Source: Paraspadella gotoi
Taxonomy: Eukaryota; Animalia; Chaetognatha
Length of the DNA: 64,000 bases
Assembly (NCBI GenBank): GCA_051294375.1
Contig: CM119266.1
Span: 19,913,657-19,977,656 of the forward strand
Reading direction: 5' to 3'
Positions within the stretch are counted from its first letter, which is position 1; every line of letters starts with the position of its first letter. Made by a program: the position numbers and the translations under genes. Below are positions 1 to 11,137 of the stretch, in pieces. The notes beneath the pieces were generated by a model that was not told the origin of the DNA, did no database searches, and saw nothing but the letters and a program-made list of their open reading frames with translations.

Positions 1-1356
1 TCTCTCTCCTCACACAACTCCCCTCTCCCATTCTTCAATTTCAAATACTGCTACGACCTCCATTAGTTTCCCGGGGATATAACGTTCCTTATAATCGGCT
101 TAGAATTAAAGTTCTTTTAGTTTCTTCCATATTTCCCCCCCCCCTGTTCGTTGTCGCCTTTTGTTGTTTTTTTCCGCACGCCCCCTGTTTCGCCTCATCC
201 TCGCCAGATGTCGCAACGATTCTCTCTCGCTTTAATCCGATCTAATAATTCCGCGGCAATGATCTCGCGTTCGAGTCACGGGCGATCGGATGAAAGAGCA
301 GCGCGGAACAAAAACCAATAAAACTATGGCAACCATCTTTTTTTTTTCTCTCTCTCTCTTCCCAGTGAAAGAACGGCAACTCCCCCCCTTTTTCAGATTC
401 CTTCTTTCTTTCCCTCTTTATTTTAATTTCTTTTTTTTGTCTCTTTTTTATTTCTAGTCCCTGATTTGCATTAATATTTTTAATTTATCGTAGTTTCCGA
501 ATATTTTCAAATCTAAAATTAGCATTAGTCTAGTTATCGCGGAAGAGATGTTATTTCTATAAAAAAAAAATACGATAGAAAAATATATTTTCCACCAATA
601 CTTTTAAAATATAATGGTGTCAGTTGAAGCTGAAGAAGTCGTACTTTCATTTCAATAGTTGCTTTTTTCAATTAGTGATGGATTTAGAAATTAAACGACA
701 TTATCTATCCTCGGCTCTGTTGACCGTATGTATGTAATATAATGATTAAATATTTCGACGTATTTATTAATGCATCAATTATTAACCGCGAATCTGAGAG
801 GGGGAAACAGTAGCGATGGCTCCTTCCGAAGAATCTCCTCTCTTATTCTGGCAAATGGATATTTTTTTTCCTTCGACGAGAGATGGCGACGAAAAAAAAA
901 ACGGAGCGAAACAAAAGGGAAACACGTGAAGTAAAAAAGAAAGAGAAGAGAAGAGAGAATCCAGCCTCTTTTCTTCTTTTCCTAATCCCATTCGTCGATA
1001 AGTATGAATATTTCACGGAAAACTTGAATACCAGATTCGCTCGATTTAATATTTAACTTACCTTCGCCGAAATAACCACATGGTGATCGATGCTTTTTCA
1101 TCTAAGCCGCATCCATTATCGGTCTTGCTCTCTCTCTCTCTCTCTCTCTNNNNNNNNNNNNNNNNNNNNNNNNNNNNNNNNNNNNNNNNNNNNNNNNNNN
1201 NNNNNNNNNNNNNNNNNNNNNNNNNNNNNNNNNNNNNNNNNNNNNNNNNNNNNNNNNNNNNNNNNNNNNNNNNNNNNNNNNNNNNNNNNNNNNNNNNNNN
1301 NNNNNNNNNNNNNNNNNNNNNNNNNNNNTCTCTCTCTCCACTCAAATTCTCCTTAC

Positions 1357-2171
1357 CCTGAGAGAACAGTTGGTGAGGTCGGCGAACTGCAGCCTGGGCA
1401 TCGCGAGAGCAGCCTGCGTTTCTTCAGTCAACGGGCCCAGCGGGTTGTGTGAGAGCCAAAGATGTCGCAGATGGGGAAGTGGGCTGTGGTTGGGTTGGGT
1501 TGGGGAAAAGTGGGCAGGAAGGAAGGGTTAGAGAGCTGAAGACCACGACAACAACGACGACGAAAGCGAAAAGGAGACGTAGTAGGTGGAGCCGGTGGCG
1601 GCGACAGGGTCGGCGCCATCTGTGATGACTTTTGTTTATGAGAGAATCTGAGGATTTTACGAGCGCGGCCTTGTTGACGACGACGACGACGACCAAAAAG
1701 ACGACGATTTCTCTCTGGTAATAACTGTACAGAATGCAGGGCATTACACACTAAACACTGGCTACTAGACAATGGACACCGCATTCTTGGCTTTGCACAT
1801 TTGGCGACAATCTACATAAATCACATTCAGATAGACAGATAGGGAAGCCAGGGACTCTGGAAGTGAATAAACTAGTCTTGATTGAAAGCTTGCAAGGTCC
1901 TGCTATTTCATTATCTTTTAAAGAGTGATGAAGGCTTTAAAACACCATATCAGGGGCAAGCTTGCTTATTTATTAAATGAATAGTTAATTTAATAATGGT
2001 TACACCAATTTCATATCTTCTTTATTCTGACGAAATTTGATAAAAACATAAAAACATCGATAACAACAACAACGATAACAAGGAGAATAAGAAGAAAAGA
2101 AAAAGTGTCGCGCGTTTTCTTCAAAAAAAAAAAAAAAAACACTGAAAGTAACAAATATCAGACGGCGTCGT

Positions 2172-2202
<31 letters not shown>

Positions 2203-3122
2203 AACACGCGGAGGTGAAAACGACGACGACGACGATGACGACGAAGAGAAAAGGTGGTAAAAAGCAAAGAGGAAGAAGAGCAGGAAGTTGATTAAAAGGA
2301 ATCCCGCTGATGATATAAGACGCAAACGGATCGAGAGAAAAAGCATAATCAAAAAATGGGNNNNNNNNNNNNNNNNNNNNNNNNNNNNNNNNNNNNNNNN
2401 NNNNNNNNNNNNNNNNNNNNNNNNNNNNNNNNNNNNNNNNNNNNNNNNNNNNNNNNNNNNNNNNNNNNNNNNNNNNNNNNNNNNNNNNNNNNNNNNNNNN
2501 NNNNNNNNNNNNNNNNNNNNNNNNNNNNNNNNNNNNNNNNNNNNNNNNNNNNNNNNNNNNNNNNNNNNNNNNNNNNNNNNNNNNNNNNNNNNNNNNNNNN
2601 NNNNNNNNNNNNNNNNNNNNNNNNNNNNNNNNNNNNNNNNNNNNNNNNNNNNNNNNNNNNNNNNNNNNNNNNNNNNNNNNNNNNNNNNNNNNNNNNNNNN
2701 NNNNNNNNNNNNNNNNNNNNNNNNNNNNNNNNNNNNNNNNNNNNNNNNNNNNNNNNNNNNNNNNNNNNNNNNNNNNNNNNNNNNNNNNNNNNNNNNNNNN
2801 NNNNNNNNNNNNNNNNNNNNNNNNNNNNNNNNNNNNNNNNNNNNNNNNNNNNNNNNNNNNNNNNNNNNNNNNNNNNNNNNNNNNNNNNNNNNNNNNNNNN
2901 NNNNNNNNNNNNNNNNNNNNNNNNNNNNNNNNNNNNNNNNNNNNNNNNNNNNNNNNNNNNNNNNNNNNNNNNNNNNNNNNNNNNNNNNNNNNNNNNNNNN
3001 NNNNNNNNNNNNNNNNNNNNNNNNNNNNNNNNNNNNNNNNNNNNNNNNNNNNNNNNNNNNNNNNNNNNNNNNNNNNNNNNNNNNNNNNNNNNNNNNNNNN
3101 NNNNNNNNNNNNNNNNNNNNNN

Positions 3123-3156
<34 letters not shown>

Positions 3157-6027
3157 GTGTTGTGATCGTTAAAGTCGTTATTGTCGTTGCGATTTTCGTT
3201 ATTGTTAACCTTTCTGTTACCAGGGATTAGCAGTATTCGAAATTAACTGATCAAACGAAATTTAAGCAATGATGAGTTTAGAAATTAGAGTGAATGGATA
3301 TTGAAGTAACCCCACCCTGTAAAATTGTAAAAAGTAGTAAATTGTCAATTGTATATGGTAAATATTAGTACTCGGATTATTACTCAAATTTCAATGAGCA
3401 CAGCATTAATCAAATTCGTTATCGGTATTGTGTTAAAATATCTCTTTGCAAAAAAAAGTTCCGAAGCATTTGATTATTATAATATTACAAAATGCCAAAA
3501 TATTTTTTAATATCTTTAACTTTTTTGATGGATTGAGACAGAGTGACAAAAGTGAAACGAAAAACGTAATTTTAAATTTTTAAAATTGTGATCTTTGATA
3601 AGTGAAAATAAGCAAAAACTGTAAAAATTATTACAGGGATGATGATTGATGATGATGATTGATGATTATGATGATGATGATGATTATGATTATGATGATT
3701 ATGATTATGATGATGATGATGATAATAATAAGTTTCTCCAATTTTGAAACGCTTATCATCGAAATATTAAAAAAATAATTATACTTTGTGGAGGCCAAAC
3801 TTTAATAAGCTATCTGAATCTGATTTTAAAAATGAGGGAAATAACAAAAAAAAGTTTTTTGACTTTGTTATCTATGGATAAAAGATAAATTACTAATGCT
3901 TCGAGCCATTTGAGGAAATTTTGATCCATTGAAAGTTTTCTCCGAAATGACTCAATTGACACTTGTAGGTCGTAATGTCTTGGTACTACTACTAGTATAG
4001 TAGATGCGTAAGTAGTAGAATTAATAGTTTAGATTCCTCGTCGTCGTCGTCACTGTCGTCGTTGTCGTCGTCGTCGTCGACGTGTTGTGACGTGAATATT
4101 TCCTGGTCGATATTGGAGTTATTTTCGTCTTCACGATTGTTGTTGTTGTTGTTGTTTCACGACGAAGAGTCTTAGCGAAGCTTCTTTAGATTTCAAATAA
4201 ATCTTCCGCCCTTTCCCTTATACTAACAATCCGCCATCCATGGCTCTCTTTTCCGAAAGCACCTCAGCTTGAATTTAACTCTAATCTGTTAACACACCTA
4301 TAAACTAATAGTAATACCCAACCCTAATTCATAATCCTAACCTAATACTTATACTAATAATATACTAATAACTTAAACTAATAACCAAATTCCTAACCCT
4401 AACTTTTAATTTAATTGTTTAATTCCAAATCTAAGATGAAACGTCTTTACCAACATCTATAAAAAATAATTGGTTATTTCCGTTGAAGGTCGGGTAGAGA
4501 ATTGTTGGCTGGGGAATTGATTATGGGGCCTTGTGTCGATGGCAGTCTCACTGAGACTAAGAAACCTTTCCCGTGTTGCTATTGCTTAAGCTCTTAATAT
4601 CTGCAATCGTAAACTAAAATTGTAATCAAAAGTTGTAGAATACTCCTACACATAGACTTAGGAGTTGGGTAAACATAGAACGAGCTTAAATTAAAAAAAA
4701 TAGGGTTGATTGGCGATTTTAAACAAACAAAGTAATAACGTTTAACCCTGGTAATTATTCATATTGTTTTGGTATTCATGGACTCTTACCTTAAAACACC
4801 GGCTTCAAGCTGCCAAATTGAATTCCGTTCGAGGTGCAAATCTCGCAGAGCGGAGTTCGACGTGAAAGTTCCGTTTCGAAGAACATGGATCGAGTTTCCT
4901 GCCAGAAAATTAAACGGAATGCATCGTCATTAATTCATTGAAATCGGTACAATGAATATATAGACTATCCTTTCATTTGGTAAATAAGCTATCCTACTCC
5001 TGACTTTTGACAAGCTATGGTGGTTTAAGGCCTCCAATACCTCCTCCAAGATACTGACATAGCAGGTCTCCGCGAGACTCTCTTCCAGTTATATTATTAT
5101 ATTCCGGCTCATTTCCTTTTATCAAATTTCCCTTTTTGGATAAAAGAAAAGAGTTTGGGGGAGAGGACCCTCAAGAGACGAACCCACCTGCCAAATTAAG
5201 CACGGAGAGAAGAGGAAGATTAGTGAACATTCGACCGACGTCTTCAAACTTGTTGCTCGAAAGATCGAGGGAATGGAGAGAGGCGCCGAGCGGAAGGAAG
5301 ATCTACGAGGATGAAGGTTACTCGCTTGACGCTCAGCATTTACTCTCATTAAATACCAGTTTATTTATTAATTATTTCCCGAGCGCTGACCTCTTTGTGG
5401 ATGGCGTTTTCCCGCAAAAGATTCTGACTCAAATCTAACGAAGCCAACGACTTTAAACCAGCGAACGTCTCGTGGTTCAAATTTCGAAGTTGACAATTCT
5501 TCAGCACGAGCGTCTTCAGTCGATGAAGCGAGCTAAAAATTATTCATTCCATTTATTTATTTATTTATTTTTAATTTATTTAATTATTTTTAATTTTTAA
5601 TTTAATTTATTTATTTTAAATTTATTTATTTAATTTTTAATTTATTTAATTATTTTTATATTTATTTATCTATTTGTTTTTAAATTTAGTAATTTATTTA
5701 TCTATTAATTTTTTTTACAATTTTTCACGAAATCGTGATTTGAGAAGTCAAGACTTACTCAAAACATCTTGGACTCAAAATTATGCGGTTTCCTGTGAGA
5801 TCTAATTCTATCGTGTTGACCGGAACGTCGTGAGGAATTCTCGTAAGTCTTTTGTTAGTGCAAACGATTTTGTTCGGGGAGGGGCATTCGCAGGGCGAAG
5901 GGCAGGTGGCAGCACTGGTTCCATACGGCAAGCTCCTCAGAAGGAGAAAGTTGATAAAGAAAAGACTAACGCACGAAAAAACGGAAAAGTTTCTCGAAGG
6001 ACGATGAGTTGAACAAAGCGACGACAT
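1357..6027 (-). CDS. Secreted/cell-surface leucine-rich repeat protein (signal peptide + LRRNT + about 7 LRRs), multi-exon, 3' end not resolved
   Basis: Five phase-consistent GT-AG exons: 5759-6027, 5391-5532, 5188-5302, 4790-4898, 1357-1483. Joined translation: hydrophobic leader, CPSPCECPSPNKIVCTNKRLTRIPHDVP (LRRNT), then LxxLxLxxN repeats (TIELDLTGN, LKTLVLKNC, LASLDLSQN, LHSLDLSSN, LSVLNLAGN, LRDLHLERN, LRHLWLSHN). The last exon ends at a GTAAGG donor, so the gene continues. Subfamily not assignable. Confidence 0.9.
1862..2014 (+). repeat. Short interspersed repeat family (copies at 60131-60289 on +, 3' part at ~15620-15670 on -)
   Basis: Shared ordered blocks AGTCTTGATTGAAAGCTTGCARGGTC ... 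TCAGGGGCAAG ... TATTTATTAAATGAA ... ACCAATTTCAT. Confidence 0.65.
2361..3122. other. Assembly gap (others: 1150-1328, 19748-19757, 30421-30445, 33946-33970, 51935-51959)
   Basis: N runs; three are exactly 25 N. Confidence 1.
3366..3988 (-). mobile_element. Older diverged copy of the same ~600-bp element, in an LRR-gene intron
   Basis: Reverse complement aligns along nearly the whole of 51050-51590 (GAGAAAACTTTCAATGGA, GAAGCATTAGTAATT, CACAAAGTATAATT, (ATC)n, TATTTTAACACAATA, TTAATGCTGT). Ends TAGTAC...GTACTA. Confidence 0.75.
4240..4500 (+). repeat. Dispersed repeat with degenerate CCTAAC core
   Basis: Head GGCTCTCTTTTCCGAAAGCACC resembles the rc of 59803-59826 (GGCTCTCATTTCCGAGATTGCCCC). 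Both are followed by degenerate CCTAAC/TAACCC hexamers. Confidence 0.45.
4995..5090 (+). mobile_element. Short RTE-like endonuclease remnant in an LRR-gene intron
   Basis: GACAAGCTATGGTGGTTTAAGGCCT..ACATAGCAG matches 53476-53530; translates QAMVV*GLQYLLQDTDIAGLRET (DIAxLxET motif). Confidence 0.45.
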
Positions 6028-7161
6028 TTTTTGTTAGTTTTAATTTCTCCTTTTTTTCGTTTATTTGTTTGATTTCGTCTTTACTTTATCCTCGAAATAC
6101 TGTTTTAAGTTAAATCGTGATGGAGGCTTCAGTTTCGATCGCGAAAGTCTTTTCGTTTTTATTATACATTGTTTTTATTCCGATTGGGATAATATATCCT
6201 GATTTTTCAATCTCGAGCTTCGAGTTTTCATTTTCTGAACGAGTATTTTTAATTGTTGTTTACCTTATTTTAATTATTCGGTAAGCATTTTAAAGAAATA
6301 AGTGGATTTGTAATATACAACTGATAATGTAAGCACTTTCACATGTAGAGTAAAAAATCGTTAGGCTCGAGTGTTCGCGAGCAACTAATAAAAAAAAATT
6401 AAAAACTAAACAAAAATTGGAAAAGAATTTGACGGTTAACCAAACAATTGTTAAATTAATAAGAAACGATTTGATTTACCCACGAGAAATAATAATTTTT
6501 TTGATAACAAAGGCGAGAATCAGGAGTTAAGTGGAATCGGTCGATCAAAGGGAAAATGATTTCAGGAAAAGCAGAATTCGCGATGTTAAAATTATTTGTT
6601 TCTTAACATTTGAGCGTCAAAATTAAATGAGTCGTGAAAAACGGCGGCCAAAGGCGATTTAGGCTTAAATGATAATAAAAAAAGAGAGAAATGAGAGGCT
6701 GGGTAGATTCGTGGAGGCTGGGGAGAGAGAGAGAGAGAGAGTGAAAGGGGTCACCAAAAATGGACAAACGCCAGAAATGAAAAAGTTTCACACTGAATCT
6801 TCGTAAAAAGGTTTTTTCTTTTAGTAAAAAAAACTAGTAAAAAAAGTCTATATAATTTTTCTCTCAAGATGGCGGATAAGAAATATTCGGGATGGAAATG
6901 TATCGATTTTCGCGATTGAATATTCTGAGTCGAGAATCGATAAAAGATAAAAATACTAAATCTTTATTCTTTTGTTTTGATTCGATTCGAAAGACGAGCA
7001 TTTTTTTCCGGCAACGACGACTAACTTAGTCTCTCCTACTCTGGGCCAAACTCTATCACGGATGAAACTGATATCTTGAGTTTATCTTTGATCTAACGAA
7101 CATCTGCTGCGACCCAGTGTAGATCGTTGTCGTCAAAGTCAGCATCGCACAATTCGTCGTC

Positions 7162-7493
7162 GTCAGCCTTAAAATATAAGAGAATCATAGTCAGGCATTA
7201 AAATATATGAGAATCATAGTCAGGCTAAAAATAGGAGAATCATAGTCAGGCTTAAAATATAGGAGAATCATAGTTCAGGCTTAAAATATAGGGAGAATCA
7301 TAGTCAGGCTTAAAATATATGGAGAATCATAGTCAGGCTTAAAATATACGGAGAATCATAGTCTCAGGCTTTAAAAAAATATTATAGAGAATCATAGTCA
7401 GGCCTTAAATATAGAGAATCGATAGTCAGACTCTCAAAATATAGGGGAATTCATAGTCAGGCTTAAAATATAGGAGAATCATCGTCGGGTTTA
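7162..7493. repeat. Minisatellite, ~11 copies of ~29 bp (GAGAATCATAGTCAGGCTTAAAATATAG)
   Basis: Head-to-tail units with small indels and no unique spacers. Confidence 0.95.
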
Positions 7494-7634
7494 TAATCAT
7501 CACGCGTAGCATCAATTATCATTTTGAACGAAGGTAAAATTTTAAATACGCCGACAAAGAATTTCCATTTTTATTATGAAAGATTTATTACACAAAAAAG
7601 TTGTTATCTAACCTAATCTTCACCATAACAAGTA

Positions 7635-8256
7635 TGTCATCCTTCAAAATGTACCGGCACCTTGATGTGGTGCTAAGAGACGGCCCCAAGTGTCTACCTG
7701 AGAAAAAATATTTTTTTAGCCAATAGTGGTAACCACCTGCAAGATCTCTTGGGGGGTTACCCCTGGAGGTTAAAAATTTATATACCCTTTGAGGTTGTTT
7801 AATCTTAGTTTAATTATATATAATTTTATTTTTTTTAAATAAGGCCCAAAAAGTTTTTAATTTTTTTAATAAAAAAATAATTATAAAAAATAATTTTAGG
7901 AGAAAAACAGTTTTTGTTTGACAACGATTTATTTGACATAGTTTAGTCAGACATGTTTCGGCTCTTTCACTTAGAGCCTTCATCAGTGTTTAAAGAAATA
8001 AATAAATAAATAAATAATTTAAAAGAAAATTACTTTATATTATTTTTTTATCCCGTAAAGAACAAGATTTATTTCCCTCAAGGGTAAGGGGCACCACTTA
8101 AAAAATTAAAAACATTCCCCAGGGGGCTATTTTTTAAGGAATTTATAAAAAATACATTTTTTGTCGCTATAATTTATATAATTCCCCAAGGAATAGAATG
8201 CCCCCAAACACCGCCCCTTCGGTTGCCCCGTGGGGAGGACATTTTGGGCGATGACA
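7635..8256. mobile_element. Non-autonomous DNA transposon (MITE), TA-flanked
   Basis: Imperfect 18-bp TIRs TGTCATCCTTCAAAATGT / rc TGTCATCGCCCAAAATGT, TA on both sides (7633-7634, 8257-8258), and internal mirrored motifs (TACCCTTTGAGG ~7783 vs CCTCAAGGGTA ~8076; CCCCTGG vs CCAGGGG). Confidence 0.55.
7948..7988 (-). ncRNA. Minimal type I hammerhead ribozyme motif (Penelope/retrozyme type)
   Basis: Minus strand reads CA-CTGATGA-A-GGCTCT-AAGTGAA-AGAGCC-GAAA-CAT-GTC-TG: intact CUGAUGA and GAAA core, 6-bp stem II, palindromic short stem III (ACATGT), GUC cleavage triplet. Stem I is only 2 bp. Confidence 0.75.
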
Positions 8257-9936
8257 TATCTGAAGCCTAAACCCTTCTAACCCTAACTAGTAACCACCCT
8301 TAATCCTAAACCCCCGTAACCCTGATCGGCGAATCTATAATTACGTCATTTACGCTCAATTCTTTAATAGAAAAATTTTGCGTCAAACTTCAAAGGTTTT
8401 CCCCACAGAATCTTGATTTGGAGAGAAAACAAGAAATTCAGTTTGGGTGAAACAAAAACATTTTTTTGTTTTTTAAAAAAAGAATGGGGAAAATACTATG
8501 ATTTATATTGTTTGGGGGTTTTTTCGGTTATTTTTTTTTTTTAAATACATAAACAGCAAACGTTTAACCACGATTAAACTGTCCGATACTCATGTCAAAA
8601 TTCTAAACTTTGACCAAAAAATTTACCTCTTTAAGTGAGACCAGAACAAAAATTTTTTTAAAAAAGTTAAGTCGCGTCTTTAATTTCACATTCGTATATT
8701 ATCTCCCTCTACATCTGCAAATCACTCGCTCGTTTTAATTCTTTCAACATTTCCGTTTATCGTATCCTGATTGAATGAGATCTGTCAAGTCTATTTTTAC
8801 CAAAATGAAATCTATTTATAGAAAATAAACGATTTTTTTTCTTCAATAATTGGTCTTTTCAATTATTGAGAAATTCTCAAAAATACTTCTGACCTAAATT
8901 ACTTTATCAGATTCGAGAAAACCCAAAAATTCAATGGAAAGAACGACTCAGAGAATTTCCTTCCATGTCATTGATCACTTTTTGCAACCTCAATTATAAA
9001 CTTTGTTAATATAATAAAAACGCGTGAAAATACGCTCAACCACTTCGCTTAAAAAGTTTTTTTTTTTCACTTTTTAACAAACTGACGTCACGGCAGATTT
9101 ACAAACAACATACAGATTTTATCTCGAAAATCTAACCTCGTACATACTGTGGTATTAGTTTTCTGGCCGGCCTAATCGATTCGAAGTTCATTCGCCAGAA
9201 AGGTGTTTGCTTTTTTAAGCTCATCGCGAATTCGCGATGTTTTTCAAGATGAAAAAAAATATCAATAAATTATGTTCGCGGAAATTCTCGTGGTGTACTA
9301 TACTGAGGGCAGAACTTTTATTTCTCTCTCTCAACTCTCTCTCTCTGACTCTCTCTCTCTCTGCCTGTCTCTCTTGTTTATGATGCAGCAAATGTCGAAA
9401 ATTTAACCACCAAGTTAACAAAAAAATCCTGCAAACGAATCGTAAGCATGGTGACAGACAACATTCTCTTTGATGACATCATTGAATATCTTCATTCCGG
9501 AGATATTTCCACACACAAATCCCCAATGCAAAAATGTCAGGAAACTTTGGGATTTAGTTCAGTAAAGTCACTCTTCAGACCAAACAATTCTGCCGAAGTG
9601 TCAAAATAAATATCCAGAACACACTTAGAAATAGTAGTTACCTGATTGGTATTATTAATGTCTCATTCTACATATTACTTTTTGTTTTGTTTTGGTTTTT
9701 TTACATTTTACGTTTTCTGGCCGTTCACGTAACTTTTCATTGTTTCTTGTCGGGTTTGGGGTCAAAAAGTTCAAATGTTTTAAAGGAACATTACCAAATA
9801 CGTACAATTTTAAATTTTATTTTTACGTCCAACGTATGTCTTTAATAAAAGACCCTATAATCCGCTTAATCGCGAGCTCAGGTCCGTTGTTGTATCATTT
9901 ATCATTTTATCATTTATCTCTCTTTCGTCTCTCTCT

Positions 9937-9994
<58 letters not shown>

Positions 9995-11102
9995 AACGCT
10001 CTCTCTCCCTCCTCACTCTCTCCACCCATTGGTTCTTTTTCGAATTAAAGAATCTTCTTCTTAAATAAAATCTTAAGGACATTTAATATGCCCAACGGCA
10101 CAATGGGTTTCTTTTTTCCAACTGTAAAAATAAACTAAAACTTTGTGAGATTAAATCGAAAAATGGACAAAGTGATCCTTTAAAATATGCGATAGTCTGA
10201 TAGGACGTTACCGACGGAATTTATTTTACTACAACCTGCGGAGAAAATTCTGTAATAAAACTTAGCTCATTCAAATTACGCACACTATATTGGAAATATT
10301 TATTTTATAAATATAGAAACTAATGCAACGAGAATATAAACCACAATTTAAAAGGATCTGTGTTAAAAGAATCCAAAGAACCTATATCGTTTATTTATTC
10401 TTGTTAATTTAATTTTAGTACTCACTGGGATCAACTTGTAATATGTATTTGTTCTGCCAATCACAAAACTCGGTTTAAGATTGTGTTTGATTTTTTTTTA
10501 ATTTGTTTTATTTATTTACATATTAATTTTTTTTATGCTAAATTATATTCAATAATGGGATGATCTTTAGTTTCATTTAAGAAAGCTTAATCGTATTGAA
10601 AAGTGACATCAAGTTAATGATCAAATCATAATTGCTATTGAAAATTAAAAACGTTTGATTATCGTAAAGCAACCTTGTATGTTTTGCGCTTTACAGGGTA
10701 GGATATCGATGTACTTATTGACTATGGGTTTAAAAAAAAACATTGTTGCACCGATGAAAATTATGAAATACGGGGAAAAAATGAGAATTTGTACTCACAA
10801 AAAATAAATTAAAACCCCGATGAATGACGAAAATTCATTCGTTTAAAAAAAATTTTAAAAAAAGATTTTTTTAATATTTAAATCCGAATTTAGTGAAAAA
10901 TCTTGATGGAAAAAAAATTGGATGAAACTTCAAACTAGGGGAAAAGAGAGAGAAGGAGAAATGTGGGAAAATGGAAGAAGAAGAAGAAGAAGAAGAAGGA
11001 GAAGAAGGAGAAAAAGAAAGTAGAGGAGGGGGAGAAGGAAGAGGACCAAGGATTTCTTATAGGAAATATTCGATATTTCTTGACGACGATGATTAAAGAG
11101 AT

Positions 11103-11137
<35 letters not shown>

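Noticed and set aside
780-1130. Further LRR-gene exons (strong donor at ~1061)
   Set aside because: Candidate frames lack LRR or other recognisable motifs, and the adjacent gap prevents a phase check.
7162-7493. CRISPR-like array of ~29-bp repeats
   Set aside because: Units are contiguous with no unique spacers, there are no cas genes, and the context is eukaryotic.
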